Positions 23,045 through 36,134 of a DNA stretch of 64,000 nucleotides are shown here, piece after piece. The notes under the pieces were generated by a model. It had not been told where the DNA came from, searched no databases, and saw only the letters and a list, made by a program, of their open reading frames with translations. The position numbers and the translations under genes were made by a program. Source of the DNA: Macrostomum hystrix. Lineage: Eukaryota > Animalia > Platyhelminthes. The stretch lies in the NCBI GenBank assembly GCA_950097015.1, contig CATNEN010000039.1, positions 16,430,001 through 16,494,000 on the forward strand, in the 5' to 3' direction. Positions within the stretch are counted from its first letter, which is position 1, and each line of letters starts with the position of its first letter.

Positions 23045-26000
23045 TGTTATACAGGTATTTATTACTGTTTTCCCTTACCTTTTGGAGCTTTACCTTAGAC
23101 TGTACCAATGCATCTGTAAGCCGCCGAAAACGAGATTGTAGCGTAGACCAAATTCTCGCCACTTAAGGCGTCAACTCACTCGCTTATATTTTAACGATTA
23201 ATGTACATCATTGTACAGCATGCAAACGTACATAGCGCGTGCAAGCATGTTGCCAACAATCTTACAATGCTCTCCTTTCGCGAAAAAAGTGTTCCACTCA
23301 CTTTTACAATATTCGAGCCTCTTATTTAATAAAAAACAAGTTATTTTGTAAAAACAATTATTCAATTATTGTTGCAACAGTAACTCAATAGAATAATAAA
23401 AAAGGTATATAAAATGAACACAAAAATTCAATTTAAACTGATCTGACAGCAGTGTTTGCAAAAAAAATCAAACATTTTTTCAATGGGTATAAACTTCACC
23501 GAAAAACTCTGGAGGAGCACGGGTCCTTTCACTGCGAAGCAATTCGACAACGATAGGAGCGCCGGCTGGGTCGCCGACTGGGGCGCCGACCAGGGCGCCG
23601 GCTGGGGCGCCGACTGGAGCGCCGACCGGGGCGCCGACTGGGGCGCCGACTGGAGCGCCGACTGGAGCGCCGACTGGGGCGCCGACTGGAGCGCCGACTG
23701 GGGCGCCGACTGGAGCGCCGACTGGGGAGCCGACTGGAGCGCCGACTGGACTGGCCGCCTTGCAGGACTTCAGGCGATTGAAGTGCACGACCCGCTTCTT
23801 CCGCGCGTTGGTCTCGAGCTGAATGCCGTAGATGACCTCCGAAATTTTTTTTTTAATACGCCCTGGCCCAGTCCACCAGCGGTGAAATTTGCGGCACTCA
23901 CCTTGCTTGAGTGCTGGATTGTGTAGCCAGACCAGATCGCCCTCGCTGAAAGCTTCGCCGTGGCACCGCTTGTCGTACTCCACCTTCTGGTGCAGCTGCG
24001 CTGTCTCCAGGCTTTGCCTCGCCCTCTCGTGCGACGTCTGCATGCGGGTCCGTAGTTCGGCCACCCACTCGCACGGGCGGCGGTCGTCATTCGCCAGACC
24101 TCCGTAGGCCAAGTACAGCGGCAGCCGCAGTTCCCGGCCGAGATGCATCGCCGAGGGTGTCTGACCAGTTGACTTGTGTACTGAAGTGCGGTAGCCCATG
24201 AGTGCAATCTGCAGATGAAGGTCCCAGTCTCGCTGGTTCTCGTTCACCCAGGCTCGCAGCAGCTGCACTAGCGTCCGGTTCATCCGTTCGCAGCCGCCGT
24301 CTCCTTCAGGGTGATAGCCTGTCGTCCGCGTTTTGTCGATTTGCAACATCCGCATCGTCTCTTTAAACAACTGCGACTCCCAGTTCCGGCCCTGGTCCGT
24401 GTGCACTGACTGCGGAACTCCGAAGCGAGCCACCCACTCGTTGACAAATGTGCGGGCTGTAGTCTCAGCGTCTTGGGATGGCAGTGGGAAGGCCTCCGTC
24501 CATTTGCTGATGGTGTCGATGAGGACCAGGATAACTGAATTTCCTCGCTCATTTCTCGGCAAGCCCACCATGAAGTCCATTTCCAGTCGCTGACCAACGT
24601 TGCCGACCGCCATGCTCTGCAGAGGCGCGCCCGCCTGTGCTGACCGGAGTCCTTAAGTCTCGCGCATTCGCTGCACGTGGCGCACCAGTCAGTCACGTCT
24701 GCTGTCATTCCAGGCCAGTAGAGTCGCGCCCTGATCTTTTCAATGGTCTTCTGCGGACCGCAGTGGCTGCCGCTCGTTCCAGCATGAGCTTCGGCGAAGA
24801 CATTGTGCTGCAGACTTTCCGGCACCAGCAGCTGCTGACAAAGGGCGCTGCTATCATCTGACTCCCACCGGCGGCACAGCAGACCGTCTACCAGCGTCAG
24901 CCGCTGGAACTCGGACAGAAGCTGCCGCTGCCGATTGCTCCAGCTATCTGTCTCCGCCTTTGCTGGTTGTCCGCCAGTTCGCAAATAGTTCGCCAGCTGC
25001 TGCATGCACCGATCCGCTGCCTGGGCTCGCCGAATTGCGCTGTCATCGTTGAACTCGACAGAAAGGACAGAGCCGCTGCACAGGCAGGGATCTTTTCGAC
25101 ACGGTCGCCGACTCAGTGCGTCTGCATTGCCATGTTTTTCGCCCTTGCGGTACTCAGTCTGGTAGTCGAACTCGCTGAGTTTGTCCAGCCACCGGGCCAG
25201 CTGACCATCAGGATCTCGGAAACGCAGCAGATGAATCAGCGATGCGTGGTCAGTGCGCAGGGTGAATTTCTTTCCCAGCAAATAGCTGCGATAGTGACCG
25301 ACGAAGTGCACAATTGCCAGCAACTCTCGTCTCGTTGTGCAGTAATTTCGTTCTGCCTTGGACAGGATTCGACTGCCGTACGCCACAACCTGCGTCCTGT
25401 CACCACGGCGCTCCTGCAGAACTCCTGAGATAGCCACGCCGGAGGCATCGGTGTCCAGCACAAACTCGGCGTCTTCTGCGAATGTCGGCATGATGAGGAC
25501 CGGGCTGGATGTCAGGCACTGCTTCAGTTGATTGAATGCCGCTGAGCACTCCGGAGACCAGTTGAAAGCCACATCCTTCTGCGTTAGTTTGTACAATGGC
25601 GCAGCAATCTCGCTGTAGTTTTTGACGAACTGACGATAGTAGCCGCACAGTCCCAGAAACTGCCGCACTTCTGAACGGTCCTCAGGCGTTGGCCACTCCT
25701 GTACTGCCTTCACCTTGTCCGGATCAGTTGTCACACCGTCCTAGGAGATTCGAAAGCCAAGAAAAGAGATTTCTTGATAGCACAAGTGGCACTTTGTCGG
25801 CTTTAACTTCAGATTTGCGGTTCTAAATTTCTGCAGCACAAGCTGAAGTCTCCGAAGATGCTCCTCGAATCCTTTCGAAAATATGACTACGTCATCGAGA
25901 AATGATAGACACACTTCCCATCGAAGACCCTTCAGCACGAGTTCCATCAGTCTCGAGAATGTGGCAGGCCCGTTGCAGACTCCTTGAGGCAGCCTCTTGT

Positions 26001-27610
26001 ACTGGAACAATCCCTGTGGCGCAGGAAATGCAGTTTTTTCACGACTCTCCGAGTTCAACATCACCTGAGAGTAGCCGCTGGTGAAATCTAGCGTCGAAAA
26101 CATCGTGGATCGACGCCAAGGCGTCGATCAGATCGCTGGTGTGAGGCAGTGGATGACTGTCCTTCACGGTCACAGAGTTGAGCAGTCTGAAATCGTTCAC
26201 GAAACGCAAACTACCGTCCTTCTTCTTCACCAGGATGACTGGGCTCGACCATGGAGAACTCGACGGCTCTACGATGTCGTCTCGCACCATCTGCTCGACC
26301 ATCTCCGACACCGCTCGCTGGTTCGGAGGCGATAACCGCCGAGGAGGTACTCTGATGGGCTGCGCCGACCCCGTGTCGACTTTGTGGTCCAGCAGTGTAG
26401 TGCAGCCCAGGTCGTTTGGACTCTTTGAGAACACATCCCGGTACTGATGCAGCATGTTCTTGACACTCCGGGCTTGATTGGCTGTCAGATTGTTCTCATC
26501 GATATGCACTTGCGCTACAACATCGGGTCCATGCTCAATTTCTTGGTCGTTCACTGACTCAACTTGCATTAGCGACTCCGTCTCCATCGGCTCGAAACTC
26601 TCCAGTTTGGTTCCGGGGTAAAAAGTATGAGGCTTAGTATCCGTGTTGACATAGTGCACAGCGATGAGTCCGCCTCGCATCACAGAGAGGCTGCGCGCTC
26701 CACACAGGACATTTGAGATTTCCTTTGAATTGTCGGGCTCAAAGATTCCGCACTCACCATTAACAGCAGTCGCTGATCCAGTCGCCAGTCTCGCAGGAAA
26801 CACGATTTCATGACCGGCGGGTACAGTTGTACGGTCCGCCACTTCAACGGCGAATGCACCACTCCCTTGTGCTGAAGATCCCATTTTTACTAGCTGACCG
26901 CACACACTGAGCGTTTGACGATTGCAGTCAATGATGCAGCCACAAGTTCTCAGGAAATCTGCACCCAACAAAAAATCCTTCGCCAGATTGTTGACGATCA
27001 ACACCTCCTGCCGAACAGTCGCAGCACCGAAACTCAGCTGCACTTCCTGCCAACCACAGGCTGCCAAATAGTTGCCGTCTGCCAGCTTCAGATGCACGGG
27101 CGTCGCCAACGGCAAGAGTTTCTCATTCAGCTTACGAAACAGGGAACTCGACATCAGCGACTGTGAACACCCAGTGTCAACCAAATAGCGGGCAGGGACA
27201 CCCATCGGCAGAATGCGGCACTGCACCAGCATGTTGGCGCCGGTGGCTGAGCAGGACACCTCCAGGACTGGCTGCGCCGGGATTCTCACTTGCGGAACGG
27301 CACCCCGGCGGTCGCCGCTCCATTGAAGTTTCCCGACTTCTGAGAGCAGAATCTTTGAACGTGGCCCGGCTTACCGCACCTCCAACACGTCACGACTCCA
27401 CGTCTGTCGCCGCTTCCACGACGATCTTGATCTTTCGACTCCAGACGGCTGAGCTTGTTCGACAGCTCCTGCAGAGACCGCTGAATTCCAACAGCAAAGG
27501 CCTCGGGAGCCTCAGCAGCCAGTGCAGTGGCGGCGCCTCCTTGAGACTGCACTGATTCGACGAACTTCGCTGTTTCCACCGTCTCAGTGAACGTCGCTTT
27601 CGGCTCTTAC
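23045..27610 (-). mobile_element. Gypsy LTR retrotransposon, 5'-truncated and decayed (gag-PR-RT-RH-INT, 3' LTR 23045-23266)
   Basis: CCHC knuckle CWRCGKPGHVQRFC; protease LVDTGC; RT SPWSSP...FLDDV; RNase H DTDAS/ELLAIV/TDH; integrase zinc finger and MDF...TDQG...GGCER. PPT aaaggagagc then LTR TGTAAG...ATAACA. Frameshifts at ~26100 and ~24615, in-frame stop at 25741. Confidence 0.93.
27292..27334 (-). promoter_or_regulatory. Putative -1 programmed ribosomal frameshift signal (G GGA AAC + stem-loop) at the gag-pol junction
   Basis: Heptamer at 27334-27328 in gag frame, 6-nt spacer, stem ggagcggc/gccgttcc. Pol is in the -1 frame and open from the heptamer. Confidence 0.7.
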
Positions 27611-28901
27611 ATGGATCTTACACATCCATGGAGACATAAAGCCGTACTCACATTGGCACATGGTTAGTCACTCATTTGGTTTTGACCACAGACAGGGACA
27701 TTGATGGACGCATGATTTTGAAGCTGAGAAGAGAAGAGAGCAGAAGAGCCAAGCTGAGCTTTCATACACGCTAAATTGCTGTCTGTGGTAAAAGCTTAAC
27801 TATAATGATTGACGAAACAAGACACGAGTATAGTTTTCTCATGTCTATGGCCCAGCCCGACAGCTGGCAGAGGATGGGCAGTTCTACCATAGATTCCGTG
27901 GTTTCTACACAGTGGTCTTGCCCGCAAAATCAAGTAAGAATAAACTATTTAATCACCTATGAAAATCAATGAAAACAAGAGTTAAGTGTTAGATATAATA
28001 GTCAAATACTTAGATATAATACACAGCTCGCCCGGGCAAGAGTGATAAATGTTTATTGCCCTGTTCGGCTCGCGCTCGATTGTATACTGCATGTATTTCT
28101 AGCCATGCAGACTGTACGTATAAAGTACACTGCAAGTATAGCTAAATTTCTGAGTTCTGAGTTACAACTATTTTATAACTCACTCAACGGTTTAATATAT
28201 TATTCAGCAGAACACTAAGCCTGGGTGACTAATGTATATGCCATGAAAAAATGCACTGATTAGGACCATGCACGCACATTTCAGCAGTCCGACCTCCAAT
28301 TCAAGAGTGCGCGAGACCCTATATGCTACGTTTCCATTGCAGTTCCTTGTTCCTCCAATAAAACCAATTGGAAGAATAAAGCCAATAAAACCCGTACACA
28401 GCTTGCGTTAGAAAAAATACCAATTTTCCGTAGATTGTATTGGTACAATATAAAGACGAGAAAATGCGTCATTTCCTAATTCATTGCACCAGAAAGGACT
28501 AAGCTATAAAGCGAAATTGTTGGATCGAGTTTGTTTGATAGGGAAATGAAGCCGACAGGTCAATCTCATGTTTTCATGTGAAGGTAGACACGACTCACGT
28601 AAGTTCAAAATACTTCAACAGATCAACACAGAGCCATAAAAACTTGTTTTTTATTTATGGACATTAAAAATATTGTAAAAATTGTGTGTTCCAGGCAGCG
28701 TCAGATTTCGAATGGCAGTGTGGACAAGCCTTTAGGATATTGTATGTAAATTCACAAAACTAATGCGCTCTACTGATGACGTTGTTGATCACGGCATTTC
28801 TCGATTATTAAGTTGACTTGATCAATTTTGTGTTTATTATAAAGGGAAGTTGGAATATTTTTGTAAAATATCTGGACATCTCAAGTATTAGGTCTTGAAT
28901 T

Positions 28902-30035
28902 TGAAATGGTTAGGGAGTTTTGCAAGCCACTGACCTGCCCTCGTGAAAGGTGGGAGCTTGGAGATGGCGATAGAGTCGAATGGCTATCTGCCTGGCTACT
29001 CGCGAGACGCCGCGGAGAGAGGGTGAGGAGGAAAGAGGAGACGAGGAGGTTCGATGGATGCAAGGAGTGGTCCTATTGGCCTCAGGCTGGCCAGTCCCAC
29101 TCGTCCCATAGGCCACAGGCATGACTGCCGTGCCTACCCCAAGCTGTGCTCGAAACCGGCGAAAAGTCTAACGGGGGCGTCGGATTATCCGGAATCGGAC
29201 AAGACAGGGCCTGGGTAGCCTACTGTCATCAGTAGTGCGGTGCGCAACTGACTCCTAGCTTTGGTAGCGGTGGTCGAACTGGTCTAGGCTCTTGCCACAG
29301 AACTGTGGAAAGGCTATTGGCAAAGCGGATAGATGATCTAGGGTAGCGCCACCACCCAATGCGCCTACGTTGCCACCGCAGGCATTTGGGAACTTGGGTC
29401 CCCGGAGTACACAGATCCTAGGTTATCACGCAGATCTAGACAAGCCGAAAAATAGGGCATTCTGCAACTTCCGTTTTAGACTGGGGTGAGAGCCCCAGAA
29501 TGGATCGAGACACGCCTCAAAGGGGATTCCTGAATTCGCGCTACACAGGGGTCTAGAAAGGTGGTACTAAGAACTTGAATGAGAATCCATAGCCGGAATC
29601 CTACTCATAGCACATCAGACACATTCCATACATTAGACTGCAGCCTACGCATTAAGTAACTAACAAATCTGAATCTGTGTGAGTTGAGGAGATCAGAGGC
29701 TGGAGAGATTAAGCAGAACAACTGGCTGAGTGATTATGCAAGCGAAAGATTATTAGATCATCACTCTCGCTCCCGTGGCCACAGTTGCGAGAGGGGGATG
29801 GGGGAAAACTCCATTGGAAAGGGAGTTCGACACGTACACTTGTGAGCCCGCCCAAGAGGGAGAAGGAAAGCCGGCCACGGATTCCCCCCAACTCCCTGGA
29901 AAGAAATGCACATGCTACCTCCGCATCTGCTAGCGAATCCCTAGCTCCTTATTACTCTCGTGCGCGCTTACAGTTGTCTTCCTGCCGCAGCCTTCATCTC
30001 GGCATCACCAGAGCCCACCCCCCAAGGGGGCTTAG
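28902..30035 (-). mobile_element. Partial copy of the LTR family at 32828-34894, opposite orientation
   Basis: ~29250-30035 matches rc of ~34020-34800. It starts tgaaatgg, matching rc of the ...ccatttca terminus. Confidence 0.75.
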
Positions 30036-30049
30036 TGTGCCAGTATCCA

Positions 30050-30584
30050 TCCAATATACTAAAATTCAAAACTATATTTCTATCTATATATCTCGTATAT
30101 ATATAGGAACCTTGGCTAAATCATGGCAAAACCCGAGTTTCAATCATGGCTTATCTAGAGTTTGAATCATGGCGAAACCCGAGTTTAAATCATCGCAAAC
30201 CCGAGTTTCAATCATGGCTAACCCATATTTGAATCATGGCTAAACCAGAGTTTGAATCATGGCAAAACCCGAGTTTCAATCATGGCAAAACCAGAGTGTG
30301 AATCATGGCAAATCCCGAGTTTGAATCATGGCTAAACCCGAGTTTCAATCATGGCTAAATCATTGTCAACTGGTGGATCATTGTCAACTGGGGGATCATT
30401 GTCAACTAAGGGATCATTGTCAACTGGGGGAGCATTGTCAACTGGGGGTTCATGGTCAACTGGGGATCATTGTCAACTGGGGGATCATTATAGCTTTAAA
30501 AAACTGGAAATACAGCTGCTAAAAAGTATGTACTAGAGGAATTAAAAACTTTTCTGCTCCCTGAATAGGGGCAAAACTTGCTAG
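30050..30584 (+). mobile_element. Non-autonomous Helitron (535 bp) with short 23-bp and 18-bp arrays
   Basis: 5' end A^TCcaatatactaaaa; hairpin gctccctgaataggggc; CTAG^T at 30581-30585. The spacer between the arrays is deleted. Confidence 0.8.
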
Positions 30585-31079
30585 TGAAATTTACTAAAAC
30601 CAAAAATGATTTTTCATTCTATTTTATTGTTATACTCTGTGCAACTAAAAAATAGCTCAATTAAAGTTAAAACGCATGCAGAAAACATTAGTTGCGCCGC
30701 AACAACGGGATGGTTTGCGTAAAAAATCGTCGATTAGCTATTGTGTCTGGCTTTGTGCATTTGAATAATCTGTTAGTGTTAGAAATATTAGAGTGTAGCA
30801 AAGCTGAAGGAGTCTATTAAGTTAAACATTAAATAGGCAGCGAGTTTTTCAAGACCTCATTAATTTTCTAGCGACACAAGTGAAATTAGCTGACATAGAA
30901 AAAAACGGCAAGCCAATAAGAGAGATTTTGCAGAATGGTCGCAGAATCAGCTTAGATGAGACTAATCACTAATAACTGGGATACAATCAGTGGTCAGACC
31001 TCTGTTTTTTAAGTAAGCCGACTTAAATTTAAATTTTATTGAAACTTAAATTTCATTTTTCATATTCTATTATGTGATT

Positions 31080-31418
31080 CTCCATCTCACCTTATGAGTC
31101 TTTGATTTGAGTGTTCTCAATCTCACCTGATCAGTCTTTGATTTGAGTGTTCTCAATCTCACCTGATCAGTCTTTGATTTGAGTGTTCTCAATCTCACCT
31201 GATCAGTCTTTGATTTGAGTGTTCTCAATCTCACCTGATCAGTCTTTGATTTGAGTGTTCTCAATCTCACCTGATCAGTCTTTGATTTGAGTGTTCTCAA
31301 TCTCACCTGATCAGTCTTTGATCTGAGTGTTCTTAATCTCACCTGATCAGTCTTTGATCTGAGTGTTCTCAATCTCACCTGATCAGTCTTTGATCTGAGT
31401 GTTCTTAATCTCACCTGA
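31080..31418. repeat. 36-bp minisatellite (tctcacctgatcagtctttgatttgagtgttctcaa) x ~9
   Basis: Directly visible array downstream of Ly6-like copy B. Confidence 0.95.
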
Positions 31419-31660
31419 GCAATCTCAGATTAGTGTTCTCATATATATATAAAAATAATTCGGAACAGATATATATGTATATTTTGTCATAAAATATGAC
31501 AAGCCTGGCATGCTTGGGATTTGCAACGGAAATCGGTCAGTTTTTGTTATTGAGAGGAGACTTTTAGCGCCTTGATTTTTCAGCACATTTTCAGGCAGAG
31601 CTTTCAGTGCATTCAGTACACAAAACATGAAAATAAGATTCAAAAGAAAAGATATAAAAA

Positions 31661-32505
31661 TCAACAACAAAACCAAATAAACTGTGCAAGCAGCATCGTT
31701 AGCAGCGTCGTGCAGCCGAGCACTACGGATACGAACAGCAAATTTTGGTGCGAAGCATCCACAGCAGTCGGGGTTGTAGTCGGGGTTGCAGGCGGAGTGT
31801 ACAATGGGATACAATCTGATTTTTCCGCGTTTGGTTTGCATTCGTAGCGTTCATGCTTAGAAAGTTCTTTTACATAAGTCATTAAAGATTCAAGCGATTT
31901 TTCACAGCCGATGACGGTTTTATAATGCCATTGAGGTACAGACCTTTTAGCAACCATTTTAAAGCACTTTTCTGATGGAGGGCAAAAAATTTCATAGGGA
32001 CCTTTCACTTCTTCGCGTTGAGGCTCATTGTCATTCGGCAGCAATTTATAGTAGTCAAGGCATGGTACCAGATCACGTTCTAGATCATTGGTCAAGTTAA
32101 ATACACTCGCTTTATTGCATTTATCACCCGTGCAGTCTTTGCAATATTTTGTAGCAGGACAGGCGCCGCAACCATATTTCAGTCCCTAAAAAAGTTTCCG
32201 TATAGGGCAAAATTTATAGGGCAAACTGTTGCTTTATGATTTTGAATTGATATGCAAATTAAATTAGTTTAATTCATTTGGTCGCTCACCACTTCGTCAG
32301 TATTGGCAGTTGAACCTTCAGGTTGATAATCCACGTAACACTTGGTGTCTTTGGCAGGAGTACAATCTGTAGCAGTATCGTCATTCTTATATACAGAAAA
32401 TTTTACTCTTCTATTTTTCGACGAGATACATTTAATACAATCAGCCAGCTGGATGCCTCCAAGTGCAAGAAACACGCAAACAATAACCAGCTTCATAGTC
32501 GTCAT
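31661..32505 (-). CDS. Ly6/uPAR-like protein, copy B, predicted GPI-anchored; exons 32505-32290 and 32185-31661, ~246 aa
   Basis: Signal peptide and the same Cys pattern as copy A (YGCGACP..YCKDCTGDKCN). It adds a Thr/Pro stalk TPPATPTTTPT, small residues DAS and a hydrophobic C-terminal tail. The intron is conserved. Confidence 0.78.
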
Positions 32506-32827
32506 GATTGCCAGCTTCGATTCCGAATAGCCCAGTTAGATTTGGTCGATTAGCTGGCAGGTGGCAGTTGAATTGCTGATCAGGTTTGCAACGGCTGAGT
32601 AGAATCGGCCAGAATGCTTAGTCGAGTGTTGTCAGTTGTTGGATTTGATTCTTCGTTTCGGGCCGCTGCCCCTTCAATATGCTGCAGAAAGTACAGGTCC
32701 GAGCCGGCTCGGTCTATGGCAGCGCTGGCTGACACAGGGTGCCCGCCTTTTGTCTATGGCAAATTTCAGCTCTACTTTGCTTTTTTCATGCACGACTTTT
32801 CTGAGATGAACTTTTGTGTTGTACTAT

Positions 32828-34894
32828 TGATGTGGAGTGTGCTACGGCAATAGAGTGGGAATGTGATCCAGCAGAATTTTTCAAATTTTAAGCAGTTAAT
32901 AATCGCGACCCATCTAGCAGCTGGCCGCAAAGCAAGATCATTAATCTTAAAGCCGGGTTTGGGGCGGCGGTGAATTAAGTAGCCGTCGAATCCCCTCTCC
33001 CTGGATCTGTTCTAGCCCCCTGTAGGAATGACTGATCGCGGGCCATAACTTTATTGCATGAGCTAGTTTAGGTCATAATTCCCCTCCAAACCGCGATCAT
33101 ATATTGGGAATCACTCGGGCATTATGAGTGATCATTAATTCTTCATGTCCCCACTTCTTTACAGTATTCGAGCCCAGCTCGACTTTATGACCTCCTCTCT
33201 TAGATACATGTAAATGTCACTGTAGGCAGGTCGGCGCCTGCGCTTCCCATTGTCCTGGCGGAGTAACAATTATTGGCCGACTGCCGGCGGCTGCTCGTAA
33301 AGGAGCATCTGTCGTTTCTCGCCGCCGGTTCATTGGGTAATCGGGGTGGCCATCGCAGCTTCGATTCCTAGATGACAGGCTGGCGCGGATGTGGGTTATT
33401 TTGATGAATGTCGAGGTTGGCGTGCTGCAGGACTATTTAAGCAAGCGCGCTGCGCCGCTCCCAGTCACCCGCCGACCTCGGCCCAGAGACCTAACCGGCT
33501 TGCGGACCCGTCTTCCCCGTCGGGCCTTCCGGACTTATCTCCCCGACTTAGGGCTTAGACCCCAGAGCTTTAAGCTCATCTAGCGCTCACAGGCTCATTG
33601 CCTGTCTATAAGCTCCTAATAGTACAAGCCATCTCTTTAGGTGAGCTCTCGAATTGAGCCACTGAGCTCCACCGGTGTGTTGGCCCCTGCCAGCTCACAC
33701 TTAGCCTTCCCCTCCTCTGTCCTTGCTGATCTTGCCCTGCCCCTCCCTCGAGAACTACAGAACTGCAGCACGCGATCGGCTTTCAGATAAGTAACCCGCG
33801 TAGCGGTCGTTTAATTGTTGCTCCTAAGGGATTATTCTGCTAGTTAGGCGGCACAATAGCGGGAACGGGCATTGGGGACTTTTAGCCTAATAAACTTTCA
33901 GCACTAGCCATTTAATTATACGTTAGGCCAAATTTTAATTACAACTTAAATCCTTTCACCTAGTGTTTGCCTCTATGTATATTTTCTCTACCAGACAGCC
34001 CTCAGCTATGAGTGGCTAATCTCCTAGGGGGTGGGCTCTGGTGAGGCCGAGATGAAGGCTGCGGCAGGAAGGCAACTGTAAGCGCGCATGAGAGCAATAA
34101 GGAGCTAGGGATTCGCGGGCAGATGCGGAGCGTAGCATGTGCATCTCTGCCGGGGTGTGGGGGATTCCTTGGCGGGTTTTCCTCTCTTCCTGGCGGGTCA
34201 AAGGGTACGTGTCAAACTCCCTTGCCAATGGAGTTCCCCTTCTTTTCCCCCTCCTCTCGCAACTGCGGCCACGGGAGCGAGAGTGATGACCTAATAATCT
34301 TTCGCTTGCATAATCACTCAGCCAGTTGTTCTGCTTAATCTCTCCAGCCTCTGATCTCCTCAACTCACACAGATTCGGATTTGTTGGTCACTTAATGTGT
34401 AGGCTGCAGTCTAATGTATAGAATGTGTCTGATGTCTTATGAGTAGGATTCCGGCTATGGATTCTCATTCAAGTTCTTAGTACCACCTTTCTAGACCCCT
34501 GTGTAGCGCGAATTCAGGAATCCCCTTTGAGGCGTGTCTCGATCCATTCTGGGGCTCTCACCCCAGTCTAAAACGGAAGTTGCAGAATGCCCTATTTTTC
34601 GGCTTGTCTAGATCTGCGTGATAAACTAGGAGCTGTGTACTCCGGGGACCCAAGTTCCCAAATGTCTGCGGTGGCAACGTAGGCGCATTGGGTGGTGGCG
34701 CTACCCTAGATCATCTATCCGCTTTGCCAATAGCCTTTCCACAGTTCTGTGGCAAGAGCCTAGGCCGTTTCGACCACCGCTACCAAGGTTAGGAGTCAGC
34801 CCGCCTCTAGCAGTCATTGATCATGAGGGCAGGTCAGCGGTTGCAAAACACCCAAACCATGTCAGGATGATTTTCTCCATGACAACCCATTTCA
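32828..34894. mobile_element. Solo LTR (2067 bp) with 4-bp TSD CTAT
   Basis: TGatgtgg...ccatttCA termini; ctat at 32824-32827 and 34895-34898. The empty site is visible in duplicate copy A (~1297-1300). Internal TATTTAA (~33434) and AATAAA (~33889). Confidence 0.85.
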
Positions 34895-35602
34895 CTATTA
34901 GAAATCTTTCTAGCTTATTGGAGTTTCTCTCTAACAAAGAAGCATTGCACTTTACAAGCATCGAATGTATGCTTCCCATGGGCCCATATTTGACAGACTT
35001 TTTAGACAGAGCCAGGTTAACGAAAGCTAGTGACTTTTCTTCAATCACATCAAATCGTTCTTTCTCAGATTCCTCCGCACCTCAGATCCCGCATCCTGTG
35101 CCACAGATCCCATATCCCAGAAATACATCCAATATGGGATACGCTGATCCTACATCCGAGATCCTATATCTCATTCGACAGATCTCAGATCCCAAATCGC
35201 AGATCCTGAATCGCACATTCCGAATCGTGATTGAAAAAGCACTTTCAAGTTCCAATCAACCCGAATAATAATAGAGAGCGGAGGGACCGGATTTTGAAGT
35301 GTCTGGGTGGGGCCTCACAATGAGTCATGCTCATGGGATTGTCTATACACTGTTCTTACCACCACTTTGCAAAACGATGCTGCGGAAGCAACGACTGACA
35401 AGACTGAAGAGGCACAAAGAAAAAGATTAGACATTGCGGCCTTGGCAACAAGACATTGAGACACGCTTAGAAGACACAGGGGAGAGGTGAGACGGACATA
35501 AAAGTAAAGGGGAGAAATGAGAGAGGCATGAGAGTGGAAAAATATATTGATGAGACATGAGAGACATGTGACACCGTCTTAGATAAGATTTCTTGTCTTG
35601 GT

Positions 35603-35708
35603 TGTCTAACAGTCTTGGGTGTCTAACAGTATTGGGTGTCTAACAGTATTGGGTGTCTAACAGTATTGGGTGTCTAACAGTATTGGATGTCTAACAGTAT
35701 TGGGTGTC
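35603..35708. repeat. 17-bp tandem repeat (tgtctaacagtattggg) x ~6
   Basis: Directly visible. Confidence 0.9.
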
Positions 35709-36134
35709 CTCCCCCCTCCCCCCTCCCCCCCAAGGACATTGGAAAAACCAAAACCAATGACCATAGGCAATGTTCATTATTGTTTCATTATTGTTGATTA
35801 TTGTTCTGCGTACATAAGGCAGAAGGTACATAAGGTACATAAGAAAAACATCGATCAATGAACCGCATTCTGCACAGTGCACTTTTGTGACTTTTTTGCA
35901 AACAGGTCAAATATTTGTAATAGAAGTTTTAACATAAAATTAAGAAATAGTGTTTCTTTCCGGCTTTTCCACGAAATTGCCGTGTTTATGGAGGTTACTT
36001 TCCTAAAATGTTAACACTACCTAGTAAACTAGTTCCCTAGCATCTATCCACCTAGCACCTAACAACACCATATGCATGCACATAGTACGTGTAAAATGAT
36101 TCCTTGACCTCTTCTGTCAACTCCTGCGCGCCTG

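Noticed and set aside
23030-23050. Possible Helitron empty site in the third repeat copy
   Set aside because: Homology ends where a Gypsy LTR begins (23045), and the expected A^T junction is not seen.
27610-28900. Expected 5' LTR of the Gypsy element or host exons
   Set aside because: No match to the 23045-23266 LTR and no recognisable coding signal.
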